A stretch of 63,479 nucleotides of DNA, filler included, from Eubacteriales bacterium (GCA_045636665.1; 10 parts of 10 records of this genome joined end to end with filler, not necessarily neighbours in it), one strand, 5' to 3'. Shown: positions 40,353-50,482, numbered from the whole stretch's first letter. Numbers and translations: made by a program. The notes: generated by a model not told the origin, from the letters alone.

Positions 40353-41615
40353 TCAGCCGTTTATTGCTTCGGTGATGTTTTCAACGGTCAAGCCGACCTT
40401 AACTCTTTCGCCGCCGCGCATATCACGCAATTCGGCAACGCCTTCGGCAATTTCGTTATCGCCGACGACAAGAACAAATCTTGCGCCTGCCTTATCGGCA
40501 TATTTCATTTGCGCCTTCAGGCTTCTGCCGCAAACGTCGGTTTCGGCGGAAATGCCGCTTTCACGCAATTTCTGCGCAAGAACGAAGGAAGCCTTGGAAG
40601 CGCCCTCTCCCAACGGTGCGATATAAATATCACAGCCGTTTTCGAGGTTGGGAATCAAATCTTCATCCTTAAGCGCTTGGATAAGACGGGTTATACCCAT
40701 ACCGAATCCGACCGCAGGCAATTCGGGACCGCCGATAGACGCCAAAAGTCCGTCGTATCTGCCGCCGCCGCAAACTGTGCTTTGCGCGCCGATGGAATCG
40801 ACCGTAAATTCAAAAACAGTGCCCGTATAGTAATCGAGTCCGCGAACGATAGAGGGGTCGACGGTATATTCAACACCGCATTCGTCAAGCAGGCTCTTTA
40901 ATTTTTCAAAGTGAGTGTTACAGCCGTCGCAAAGATGCTCGAGCGTTTTCGGTGCGTTCTTTGCAATGCCCGAGCAAACAGGGCTCTTGCAGTCGAGCAC
41001 ACGAAGGGGATTTTTTTGCAATCTTTCACGGCAGGTATCGCAAAGCTCGGCTTCATACTGCGAGAAGTAATTAAGAAGCGCCGATCTGTAGGAGGGACGG
41101 CATTCGGGACAGCCGATGGAATTGATGCGAAGCGTTACCTTTGTAAGTCCAAGCTTTTTGAACAAGCCGTTCGCAAGTAAAATGACCTGCGCATCCGCCT
41201 CGGGCGAGGAGCTTCCGTAAAGCTCGGTGCCGAACTGCCAAAATTCACGGCTTCTGCCCGCTTGGGGCTTTTCACGGCGGAAGAAGTTGGAAAGGTAAAA
41301 CAGCTTAAGCGGCATTGCGCCTGCATAAAGACCGTTTTCGATAACCGAGCGCGCAACGCCTGCGGTACCTTCGGGGCGGAGCGAAAGACTGCTTCCGTCC
41401 TTATCGATGAAGGTATACATTTCCTTGCCGACAACGTCGGTCGTATCGCCGACACCGCGACAGAAAAGCTCGGTCGCTTCAAAGGTCGGCATTCTTATTT
41501 CCGAAAAGCCGTAAATTTTTGCGGTTTCACGCACCGCGTCTTCGATATACTGCCAAACGCCGATGTCCGAAGGGAGAATATCGAGCGTTCCTTTGGGTTT
41601 TTGAATTCTGTTCAT
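40353..41615 (-). CDS. hisS: Histidyl-tRNA synthetase
   Basis: LRPEGTA, VRGLDYY, GGGRYDGL. Confidence 0.97.
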   Translation of the reverse strand: MNRIQKPKGTLDILPSDIGVWQYIEDAVRETAKIYGFSEIRMPTFEATELFCRGVGDTTDVVGKEMYTFIDKDGSSLSLRPEGTAGVARSVIENGLYAGAMPLKLFYLSNFFRREKPQAGRSREFWQFGTELYGSSSPEADAQVILLANGLFKKLGLTKVTLRINSIGCPECRPSYRSALLNYFSQYEAELCDTCRERLQKNPLRVLDCKSPVCSGIAKNAPKTLEHLCDGCNTHFEKLKSLLDECGVEYTVDPSIVRGLDYYTGTVFEFTVDSIGAQSTVCGGGRYDGLLASIGGPELPAVGFGMGITRLIQALKDEDLIPNLENGCDIYIAPLGEGASKASFVLAQKLRESGISAETDVCGRSLKAQMKYADKAGARFVLVVGDNEIAEGVAELRDMRGGERVKVGLTVENITEAING

Positions 41616-41617
41616 AA

Positions 41618-42031
41618 TTAAAATGCTTTTGCTCCGTTACGTATATTTGCACGCCAATCCAAATCGCCTCGGTCAAGCGCAAGAATAAGAACCTCCGCAG
41701 TCGCAACGTTGGTCGCAACCGGAACGGTATATTTGTCGCAAAGCTTAACAAGGTTCATTTCGGTTTCGGTGTATTCTGTGTCATTATTGGTATCACGCAA
41801 GAGGATAAGAATATCTACCTCGTCATAAGCGATTTTGGAAGCGATTTGTTCGATTCCCCCGTGCGAGCCCGAAAGCATTTTTTCGATCTGAAGACCGGTT
41901 GCTTCCGAGATATATTTGCCGGTTATTGCGGTAGAGCAGATGTTGTGTCTTGAAAGTATTCCGCAATATGCAATGCAGAATTCGGTAATAAGCTCTTTCT
42001 TCTTATCGTTGGCAATAATCGCAATGTTCAT
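41618..42031 (-). CDS. mgsA: Methylglyoxal synthase-like protein with degenerate active site
   Basis: MNIAIIANDKKKEL, ATGL, PVATNVATAE, LDWR; several catalytic residues replaced. Confidence 0.75.
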   Translation of the reverse strand: MNIAIIANDKKKELITEFCIAYCGILSRHNICSTAITGKYISEATGLQIEKMLSGSHGGIEQIASKIAYDEVDILILLRDTNNDTEYTETEMNLVKLCDKYTVPVATNVATAEVLILALDRGDLDWRANIRNGAKAF

Positions 42032-42348
42032 TATTCGTCCTCCCTTTTTTGTACTCGCAGTACGATTCCTTTATAAGAACTGCGTTTTTTCGGTGATTCG
42101 CATCCGTTGAACAGCTTAATGCGTTCACCCTTGATTCTTAAAGCGATGTTGTAAAACGCCGCTTCCCATTTACTTGCTTTTTTGTTTTGCTCGCCCATAA
42201 ACGAAAGCTCAGCCGCTTCTTGCGATGCCGAAAGCCGTTCGCAATAGGGGACAACCCCCAAAAGCCGCACGGACGAGCGATTGATTATATCCAAAATGTC
42301 GGGCAGCTTTTTGCTCTCCGCAAAGCTTGCTCGGTATCCGTTTACCAC
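42031..42348 (-). CDS. minD: MinD, C-terminal fragment
   Basis: LLGVVP...AAFYNIALRIKGERI; complements 58093-58592. Confidence 0.75.
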   Translation of the reverse strand: MVNGYRASFAESKKLPDILDIINRSSVRLLGVVPYCERLSASQEAAELSFMGEQNKKASKWEAAFYNIALRIKGERIKLFNGCESPKKRSSYKGIVLRVQKREDE

Positions 42349-42480
42349 NNNNNNNNNNNNNNNNNNNNNNNNNNNNNNNNNNNNNNNNNNNNTTAATTAA
42401 TTAANNNNNNNNNNNNNNNNNNNNNNNNNNNNNNNNNNNNNNNNNNNNTTTTGTTTTGTATTTTGTAAAAAAATATGATT

Positions 42481-42980
42481 GTAGGGGCGATTCACGAATC
42501 GCCCGCAGGTAACATATAAGGAAAACACAACATCAATGCACAAAACGCAATCGTTACGAACAGGCTTCCCCTTGGGGGGAAGCTGTCAGTGCGGTAAAAT
42601 AGCACTGACTGATGAGGGGTTCGTTAACTTATTTAAAGTAAATATAACGATGCCTCGCGTCTACCCCTCATCCGTCGCGGTAAACCGCGCCACCTTCCCC
42701 CGAGGGGGAAGGCTATTATAACCGTCACGCGCAGTGATATAACGCAACCGTAGGATATAAACGAAACGGGTAAAAATGGCTTCCCCTTGGTATGGGGTCC
42801 CCGAAAACGCTTGTGTTTTTGGGGCATAAGGGAAGCTGTCGCCGTAGGTGACTGATGAGGGGTTTGTTAGTATTTAATGAAAAAACAACACCACTACGTG
42901 GCTACCCCTCATCCGTTATTTTCTGAAGAAAATGCCACCTTCCCACACCCACCCCGAAAATGCTTGCATTTCGTGTCGAG
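42481..42980. repeat. Mosaic of REP-like palindromic elements
   Basis: GTAGGGGCGATTCACGAATCGCCC; two GGCTTCCCC..GGAAGCTGTC..GACTGATGAGGGG units; two CTACCCCTCATCCGT..GCCACCTTCCC units. Confidence 0.8.
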
Positions 42981-43015
42981 AGCGAAGCGATATTACCTAT
43001 TACTTCATTATTCAC

Positions 43016-43044
43016 TTGACTATCGCAGTTCGTTTTGTTATAAT
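43016..43044 (+). promoter_or_regulatory. sigmaA promoter for deoB-pdp
   Basis: TTGACT-17 nt-TATAAT with TG extension. Confidence 0.7.
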
Positions 43045-43089
43045 AATTCTGTATAAATATAGGTATACTGTTTGGGAGGAGGTTTTTAT

Positions 43090-44211
43090 ATGTTTAAACG
43101 TGTATTTTTGGTCGTTTTGGACAGCGTTGGTATTGGTCACGCGACCGATGCGAGTGATTTCGGTGACGAGGGCGCGCACACCTTAAAGAGCGTTATGACC
43201 GAAAGACCTATTCTTCCAAACCTTACAAGGCTTGGGTTATTTAACATCAAGCGTGCGGAATTGGATGAATTTGCCATTCCCTCACCGATTGGCATTTACG
43301 GCTTTGCCGAGGAAAAGAGCCGCGGCAAGGACACGACCGTCGGACATTGGGAGATTGCCGGTGTTGTTTCGGATTCGCCCCTGCCCACCTACCCGAACGG
43401 ATTCCCCGATGAGGTTATAAGCGCATTTGAGGATGCAAACGGTGTTAAAGCCCTTTGCAATCTTCCCTATTCGGGCACGGAGGTTATTAAGGATTACGGC
43501 GAATTGCATTTAAAGACGGGCAACCCGATTATTTACACCTCGGCGGACAGCGTTTTTCAGATTGCGGCGCACGAGGAGGTTATTCCGCTTGACCGTCTTT
43601 ACGAGATGTGCAAGAGCGCGCGTGAGATTCTTAAGGGCAAGCACGCTGTCGGCAGAGTTATTGCAAGGCCTTTCCTTGGTGAGGCAGGCAATTTTTACCG
43701 CACGGGAAATCGGCACGATTACTCGCTTGAGCCGACGGGCGTTACGATGCTCGACCGATTGAAGGAAAACGGCTTTGACGTTATTTCGGTCGGCAAGATA
43801 AACGATATTTTCGCATCGCGCGGGGTGACCGAAAGCTACCCGACAAAGGGCAACGCAGATGGAGAAGGACGGTTGCTTGAGCTTCAGGAAAAGGATTTTT
43901 GCGGTCTTTGCTTTGTGAATTTGGTCGATTTCGATATGGTTTACGGACACAGAAACGATACCGTGGGCTATGCAAACGCGTTGGCGCAGTTTGACAATAC
44001 TTTAGGCAAATTTATTGACAAAATGCGTGATGACGACCTTATTATCATCACCGCCGACCACGGCTGCGACCCCGGATTTAAAGGCACCGACCACACTCGC
44101 GAAAACGTGCCCTTACTTGCATATTACAAGGGCTGTGACAGCTTTGACGCAGGACGCGTTTACGGCTTTGACTGTATTGCGGATGCGGTTTGCAGAAATT
44201 TTAAAATATAA
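43090..44211 (+). CDS. deoB: Phosphopentomutase
   Basis: LDSVGIG, GKDTTVGHWE, YTSADSVFQIAAHE, TADHGCDP. Confidence 0.96.
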   Translation: MFKRVFLVVLDSVGIGHATDASDFGDEGAHTLKSVMTERPILPNLTRLGLFNIKRAELDEFAIPSPIGIYGFAEEKSRGKDTTVGHWEIAGVVSDSPLPTYPNGFPDEVISAFEDANGVKALCNLPYSGTEVIKDYGELHLKTGNPIIYTSADSVFQIAAHEEVIPLDRLYEMCKSAREILKGKHAVGRVIARPFLGEAGNFYRTGNRHDYSLEPTGVTMLDRLKENGFDVISVGKINDIFASRGVTESYPTKGNADGEGRLLELQEKDFCGLCFVNLVDFDMVYGHRNDTVGYANALAQFDNTLGKFIDKMRDDDLIIITADHGCDPGFKGTDHTRENVPLLAYYKGCDSFDAGRVYGFDCIADAVCRNFKI

Positions 44212-44252
44212 TCATAAATTGGCATTTTAACAAGCAGGAGGTGTTCCATAGG

Positions 44253-45517
44253 ATGAAAATGCAGGATATCATCACGAAAAAGCAATCGGGCAGAGAGCTG
44301 ACCGAGGACGAAATCGACTTTTTTGTAAAGGGTGTTGCCGACGGCAGCATTCCCGATTACCAGATAAGTGCATTTTTAATGGCGGTTTGGTTTCGCGGTA
44401 TGACCGCCGAGGAAACCGGTATTCTTACCGAATGTATGGTTGATTCGGGCGAGATTGATAAGCTCGATTCGATTATCGGAAAGAAGGTCGACAAGCATTC
44501 AACGGGCGGTGTCGGCGACAAGGTGTCGCTTATCGTCGGTCCTATGGTAGCCGCCGCGAATAAAGGAATTTTCGTTCCGAAGATGGCAGGCCGTGGGCTT
44601 GGCTTTACGGGCGGTACGCTTGACAAGCTCGAATCCTGCAAGGGTGTGAACACCGAAATTTCGGCTGAGGAATTCGAAAATATTGTTAAAGAGCTTGGCT
44701 TCTGTATTGCAGGACAAAGCAAACGCCTTGCCCCTGCGGACGGCAAGCTTTCGGCTCTGCGTGACGTTACCGCGACGAGCGATTGCATTCCGCTTATTGC
44801 GGCAAGCGTTATGAGTAAAAAGATTGCTTCGGGCAGTGAGTGTATCGTGCTTGACGTTAAATGCGGAAGCGGTTCGTTTTGCAAAACGCTTCGCGATGCC
44901 GAGGAATTGGCGAGATTGATGGTTCGCATCGGCGCAAAGGCAAAGCGCAAAACCGTTGCTATTATCACCGATATGTCGGCGCCGCTTGGTTGCGCTGTCG
45001 GTAACAGCGTCGAAATGATTGAAGCGATACGCGTGCTCGAAGGCAAGGGCGATGAAAAATTAACCGAGCTTTGCATTACGCTTGCGGCGAATATGCTTTA
45101 TGCGGCGAACGTCGATACCCTTGAAAACTGCAAGGCGATTGCCGAAGAAACGCTTTATGACGGAAGCGCTTTAAGCAAGCTCGCAGACCTTGTCGAGCGC
45201 TTGGGCGGTGACAGAAATTACGTTTATGACGTAAGCCGTTTCGAGGAAAGCAACGTCACGGCGATTCTTGTTGCCGAAAAGAGCGGTTACGTTTCGAGGA
45301 TAGATGCTTACGAGGTCGGTCTTGCGGCAAGTGTGCTCGGTGCGGGCCGCGAGGTTATGGGGCAGTCGATCGACCACACCGCAGGCATTATACTTAACAA
45401 GCAAATCGGCGACCGCATTGAAGAGGGCGAAGCATTGGCGACACTTCAGGCGCAAACGCTTGAACGCGCCCAAAGCGGTATGGAATATCTGTTCAAAGCA
45501 GTCACCATTTCGGATAT
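44253..45517 (+). CDS. pdp: Pyrimidine-nucleoside (thymidine) phosphorylase, truncated at contig end
   Basis: DKHSTGGVGDK, GRGLGFTGGTLDKLE, SKKIA, LDVKCGSG. Confidence 0.92.
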
Positions 45518-45619
45518 NNNNNNNNNNNNNNNNNNNNNNNNNNNNNNNNNNNNNNNNNNNNTTAATTAATTAANNNNNNNNNNNNNNNNNNNNNNNNNNN
45601 NNNNNNNNNNNNNNNNNCT

Positions 45620-46459
45620 TCGGTTTACGAAGCGGTTGACGTAAGCACTACTACCGATGCGTTCAAACAGTTTGCCTATGCATTACCCGATTATGCAGTT
45701 GAAGTTGCTCTTGCTTTTGTTCCGATAGTTTTACTGTTTTTGATCTATCAGTTAATAACAAGAAGATACCATTTGCACACCATTTTAAAAATGTCATTTG
45801 GTTTTGTTTACACTTACATCGGACTTGTGTTGTTCCTGACGGGCGCAAACGTAGGCTTTATGCCTGCAGGTCGCCTTATCGGTGCAGAAATAGCAGGCGG
45901 TTCGTTTAAGTATTTGCTTATTCCCATCGGTATGCTTATGGGTTATTTCGTTGTTGCCGCTGAACCTGCGGTGCATTCGCTAAAAAGACAGGTCAACGAA
46001 ATTACCAACGGCGCAATATCGCAAAAATCGGTAGCGCTTGCCTTGTCGATAGGTGTTTCCGTTTCGGTTGGCATAGCAATGCTCCGCGTTCTCACGGGTA
46101 TTCCGATAATGCCGTTTTTGATATTCGGTTACGCAGTTTCGATAATTATAAGCTTCTTTGTGCCGAATATCTACACGGGTATCGCATTTGACTCGGGCGG
46201 AGTTGCAAGCGGTCCTATGACTTCAACATTTATGCTACCGTTTGCAATGGGCGCTTGCGAAGCAATCGGCGGTAACGTTATGACGGACGCGTTTGGTATC
46301 GTTGCATTGATTGCAATGGCTCCGCTTATAACGATACAGTTCTTAGGTTTGTATGAAAGAAGAAAGCATGCGATTAAGGTCAAAAAGCTTCATACCGAAA
46401 TCAGCATGATTAACGATGATATAGTATTCTTTGATATGGAGGATGGTATTTATGAGTAA
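45620..46459 (+). CDS. DUF1538 family membrane protein, N-truncated
   Basis: GANVGFMPAG, AEPAV, AFDSGGVASGPMT. Confidence 0.88.
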   Translation, partial: SVYEAVDVSTTTDAFKQFAYALPDYAVEVALAFVPIVLLFLIYQLITRRYHLHTILKMSFGFVYTYIGLVLFLTGANVGFMPAGRLIGAEIAGGSFKYLLIPIGMLMGYFVVAAEPAVHSLKRQVNEITNGAISQKSVALALSIGVSVSVGIAMLRVLTGIPIMPFLIFGYAVSIIISFFVPNIYTGIAFDSGGVASGPMTSTFMLPFAMGACEAIGGNVMTDAFGIVALIAMAPLITIQFLGLYERRKHAIKVKKLHTEISMINDDIVFFDMEDGIYE

Positions 46460-47120
46460 AAAAGTTATGATCCTCTTGTCGATTGTTGAGCAGGGTAAGG
46501 GTAAAAAGCTTATCAAGGAGCTCAAAAATATTAACGTTAAACTCAACTTCCAAATAGTCGGGTTTGGCACTGCCCCAACCGAGATGATGGATATTTTCGG
46601 ACTCGGTTCTAATATTAAGGATATAATCATCAGCCTTGGTTCAAATAACGATATCAAGGATATGATGAGTAAATTCGGCGAGATATTCCAAAGCCATTCT
46701 AAATTCGGCGGAATAATGATTGTTCTTGATATTTCTGCCGCAAGCAGGGTATTGACCGAGATATTGAATTTTAACAGCACCCAAAATACAGAAAAGGAAG
46801 CTGCGAACATGCAAAATGAAAACAAAAATAATTTGATCGTTATATCTGTTAACGAAGGTTACAGCGAGGACGTTATGCACGTTGCGAGAAAAGCAGGAGC
46901 AACAGGCGGCACAGTCATCAAAGGCCGTCTTGCGGATATCGAGCAGTTTGCCGAATTTATGGATGCCAAGGCGGATGGCGAACGCGAAATGCTTTGTATC
47001 CTTGCGCCTTCCAAAGCGAGCAAGCAGATTATGGAGGATGTAAACCGCGAATTCGGAATGACATCGTCTGCTAACGGAATTATTTTTGCACTCCCCGTTG
47101 AAAAGGCATTTAAAATTTAA
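46452..47120 (+). CDS. Tandem P-II-like regulatory protein
   Basis: Two P-II-like halves (GFGTA; ARKAGATGGTVIKGR, GIIFALPV); usual DUF1538 partner. Confidence 0.75.
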   Translation: MSKKVMILLSIVEQGKGKKLIKELKNINVKLNFQIVGFGTAPTEMMDIFGLGSNIKDIIISLGSNNDIKDMMSKFGEIFQSHSKFGGIMIVLDISAASRVLTEILNFNSTQNTEKEAANMQNENKNNLIVISVNEGYSEDVMHVARKAGATGGTVIKGRLADIEQFAEFMDAKADGEREMLCILAPSKASKQIMEDVNREFGMTSSANGIIFALPVEKAFKI

Positions 47121-47130
47121 TGAATATACA

Positions 47131-47158
47131 AATCACCCTGCCAATCGGCAGGGTGATT
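47131..47158. terminator. Bidirectional terminator
   Basis: AATCACCCTGCC-AATC-GGCAGGGTGATT. Confidence 0.75.
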
Positions 47159-47173
47159 GCTTTTATATATTTA

Positions 47174-48646
47174 TCACTCGGCAATAGGGGAGACGTTGGT
47201 AAATTGATTACCGCCCTTTAAAATGGAAAAGGTTGTTGATGTTTCGCCGCTTGGCGACATATTACCGTCGAAATTATCGGGAGGAGCAACGCCGTTTGGC
47301 GGTTCGGGTCTATCTTCACCATTGGGCTTTTTGGGAGGTTGTTCGTTAGGCATTTCAGGTCTTGCTCCGTTAGGCATACCGTTCATATTATTGCCTTTTG
47401 AACCGCTAAGCTGAGTTTCGCCTTGCCAGAAAGTATAATCGCCTTCGACAAGCTCATCACCCGAAATAATAAGATAGCTAAACGCATTCTTTGACGTATA
47501 TTCAAATACGGAAGTTCCGCTTGTGTTTTTCAGTGAATATAAGTTGTCACCGTTCTGACGGGTTTTGAAATTGAACACTGCATAGGTCTGTTCGCCTCCT
47601 GCAATCCTGTCAAGCATATTGCCCGTTGCAACAACATTACCGCCGTTTATATAGATACCTTTATCGGAATCGATTCCCGCGTCGCCGCTTGTAGCGCAGG
47701 CTTGCGCAATAACAGTGCCGCCGTTTATAACAAGCCATCCGTTTGAATCAATTCCGTCACCTTCGCCGGAAGCGCCGTTGCAAAGAATATTAATCTCGCC
47801 GCCATTTACTGTAGTTACCGAAACGTTGTCTTCGTTAGTATTGATGCCGTCATTGCCGGAAATAATGTTAATTATGCCGCTGTTAATTGTAAGGTGCAGT
47901 TCACTGCCGATGCCCTCGTTTTCTGCATAAATGTTTAATATGCCGGTGTTGCTCTTGCCGCCGTATATATTCATCGACATTTTCGAATAAAACGCGCCGT
48001 CGTATTTATGAAGCTTGTCGGCATCCTCAACTTCGGTTTTACTTTCGTTCAATTCAACGCTGTCGGGTTCATAAATCTTTGCAACGTAAGAACCGTTTAC
48101 GTTATTTGTGGTGCCCTCGGCGATAATTACGTTTGCGCCTGCTTTTGTGGTGTCGACGACTTTGTCGGCATTTTTTTCGTTTTTATTGCCGCATTCATAT
48201 ACGTTGTAAAATATAACAGCGGGTGCGACTGTGCATGTGATGTCAACGCCGTTAAAAACAAGCGTTACAACTGCATTTTCGTCTTTTTTTGCGTCTTTGC
48301 CAAGATCGACAGCAATCTGACCCTTTGAAAGCTTGCCGCTTAAAATATATTTACCTGGTTTTGTTATATGAACAACGGTATGTGCATCCGCTTCGCTTTG
48401 CGAATGATCATCGGCATTTGTGCCTTCGCCGTAAGTAAAATCATTACCCTCACGATAGAAAACAATATCGTTTGCCGCATATACCGCACTTGAAGTTTGA
48501 TTTGCGATGTCATTTCCGTTGACCGTTATTTTTTCATCTGAAAGATTGATTGTAGTCGCAGCATTATTTTCGCTTTCGTCTTCTGTCAAATGACAACTTG
48601 AAAGTATGATGGAAAACAATATTAATAAAACAAATAATTTTTTCAT
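47174..48646 (-). CDS. Cthe_2159/DUF4353-like carbohydrate-binding beta-helix lipoprotein
   Basis: Lipobox LSSC; DGINTN, DGIDSNG, GIDSD..INGG repeats; Pro-rich tail. Confidence 0.8.
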   Translation of the reverse strand: MKKLFVLLILFSIILSSCHLTEDESENNAATTINLSDEKITVNGNDIANQTSSAVYAANDIVFYREGNDFTYGEGTNADDHSQSEADAHTVVHITKPGKYILSGKLSKGQIAVDLGKDAKKDENAVVTLVFNGVDITCTVAPAVIFYNVYECGNKNEKNADKVVDTTKAGANVIIAEGTTNNVNGSYVAKIYEPDSVELNESKTEVEDADKLHKYDGAFYSKMSMNIYGGKSNTGILNIYAENEGIGSELHLTINSGIINIISGNDGINTNEDNVSVTTVNGGEINILCNGASGEGDGIDSNGWLVINGGTVIAQACATSGDAGIDSDKGIYINGGNVVATGNMLDRIAGGEQTYAVFNFKTRQNGDNLYSLKNTSGTSVFEYTSKNAFSYLIISGDELVEGDYTFWQGETQLSGSKGNNMNGMPNGARPEMPNEQPPKKPNGEDRPEPPNGVAPPDNFDGNMSPSGETSTTFSILKGGNQFTNVSPIAE

Positions 48647-48669
48647 TTTGCACCAGTGTGTGATTTGAA

Positions 48670-49086
48670 TTATATTATTTTATTCTCGAGTAATTCGATT
48701 TTTATATTATAAAGTTTTTCTCGCCAATGCTCGGCATCTTGCAGATCGGTCAAAAGCTTCTTTTCGTCCCTTACTTTTGAAAGACCTCCTGTTTTTCGGT
48801 CAAAAGAGAGCTCGAAATAACAAGAATGGCACCAAAAATTACGTCTGTCGATTATTTGTCGAAGCTGCTTGTAATCGTCTGCAGTAAAAATCTTAATTCC
48901 TTTTTCTTCTTCAAGCTTTAGGATTTCACGGACAACACCGCTCAGACTGTCTTTTTCGACATCTTTAATACCCTCTGAAAATGTCTTGTCGGAAATTGCG
49001 GCATAAATACCTTCAAGATGCGCCTCGATATACTGATAATGTTCAATTAACGTACTGTGCGTTATTCGAAATTCTTTCAAAATCAT
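48670..49086 (-). CDS. Stand-alone HEPN-motif protein, putative RNase
   Basis: Helical 138 aa with RRNFWCH (Rx4H). Confidence 0.6.
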   Translation of the reverse strand: MILKEFRITHSTLIEHYQYIEAHLEGIYAAISDKTFSEGIKDVEKDSLSGVVREILKLEEEKGIKIFTADDYKQLRQIIDRRNFWCHSCYFELSFDRKTGGLSKVRDEKKLLTDLQDAEHWREKLYNIKIELLENKII

Positions 49087-49229
49087 AAAAGTTACTCCGT
49101 TTGAGAGATGAAATCATTTAATTAAAAAATAAGCAGTTATAAATTCATTTATATTATAGCATTAAAAACAAAAATTTACAATAGAAAAGATAATCCCCGC
49201 CAATCGCTCGGTGAGGATTATTTTTTAAA

Positions 49230-50309
49230 CTAATTGCCGTATTTGTCTTTAAGTTTTAAAATGTTTTCTTCAATCCTTTTGATGATTTTCTTAAATTCCT
49301 CATCGGTTTTTCCCGTGGGGTCAGTTAGCTCCCAATTATCATCAAATGTTCTGCCAAAAAAAGGGCAACCTACATTACAACCCATTGAAATTGCCACGTC
49401 GGGATTTGGTATATCGGTAATTAATTTCGAATACTGTGTTTGTTCCATATCAATCCCATACAGCTCCTTCATAATTCTAACTGCATCTTGGTTGATTTGG
49501 GGTTTTGTTTCTGTCCCTGCAGAATACGATTCAAACACATCCGACGCCAAGTGTTTTCCAAGCGCTTCCGCAATCTGACTGCGGCAGGAGTTGTGAACAC
49601 AGATAAACGCAACCTTTTTCTTTTCCTTTTTATAAAACGGACATTTTTCCGTTATACACTGATTATTTAAATGAGAACGTGAGCAGATTATCTGATTTGA
49701 TTCCATCTTAATGCCTAACTTCTCATTTGTGAATTTGACCGCTTCAATAATGGCAAGATAAGAATCCCTTTTGCAACAACGAGGCCCGCCGTTTTCTCCT
49801 ATTGCTTTCAATGCTCGTGCTGTCATTTGATTTGAAAGTCCCCAAGCCTCTTTCGAAAGAGGTGTTGATTTTAGTGCGATGGAAACATACATACCTGTAC
49901 TTACACCTGCACCGCAAGCACCCCAAAAACCACAAGCGCCACCCGGAACTTGCTTTCCTCTTTTTTGCATTTCATAAAGCGCAGATTTTAAATCTATATT
50001 TCCTCCTGCGTTTTTATATGCTGTTAAAAGTGCAGAGCCGACCATAGTGTGATGTTCGGGTCCGTGCATATGGCAAGAGGGCATACACATCATTTTTTCT
50101 ATAATCTCAATGGGGTTTGCGGAATTGCTGTTTAAACATATCGCAATAATTTCGTCCATTCCGCTTGTGTGACATTCATCACATACGAAATGTCCGTTTA
50201 TGCACCTTGTTTTACTATTTTGCTCTTTATGGCAAAGTTCGCATCTCATCGCTTCATCGGTGTCAAGATATGTTAGCGGCGCTTTACAAATCAAGCATTC
50301 TTCGTTCAT
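49230..50309 (-). CDS. DUF5714 Cys-rich domain fused to LMW-PTP-type arsenate reductase
   Basis: MHGPEHH, GGACGFWGACG, GPRCCKRD; then FICVHNSCRSQIAEA, SAGT, W..DPTG. Confidence 0.8.
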   Translation of the reverse strand: MNEECLICKAPLTYLDTDEAMRCELCHKEQNSKTRCINGHFVCDECHTSGMDEIIAICLNSNSANPIEIIEKMMCMPSCHMHGPEHHTMVGSALLTAYKNAGGNIDLKSALYEMQKRGKQVPGGACGFWGACGAGVSTGMYVSIALKSTPLSKEAWGLSNQMTARALKAIGENGGPRCCKRDSYLAIIEAVKFTNEKLGIKMESNQIICSRSHLNNQCITEKCPFYKKEKKKVAFICVHNSCRSQIAEALGKHLASDVFESYSAGTETKPQINQDAVRIMKELYGIDMEQTQYSKLITDIPNPDVAISMGCNVGCPFFGRTFDDNWELTDPTGKTDEEFKKIIKRIEENILKLKDKYGN

Positions 50310-50482
50310 ACTAATTGCCTCGCAAAATCATTATTTATCCTTTTGCCGAATTTATTGTATCACACTGCGCTTAAAAAATAAAGGATTTCACACAAAAAAT
50401 CCCTCTGCCGAAATTTAGACAGAGGGTTATTTTTGTAATTATAAAGATTATTTGATGCAGTATGCAAAGAGGGGAATGTTCT

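Noticed and set aside
42481..42980. Possible CRISPR array or small ORFs
   Set aside because: Units are inverted, variable in length and irregularly spaced, with no cas genes; the ORFs are translations of repeat DNA.
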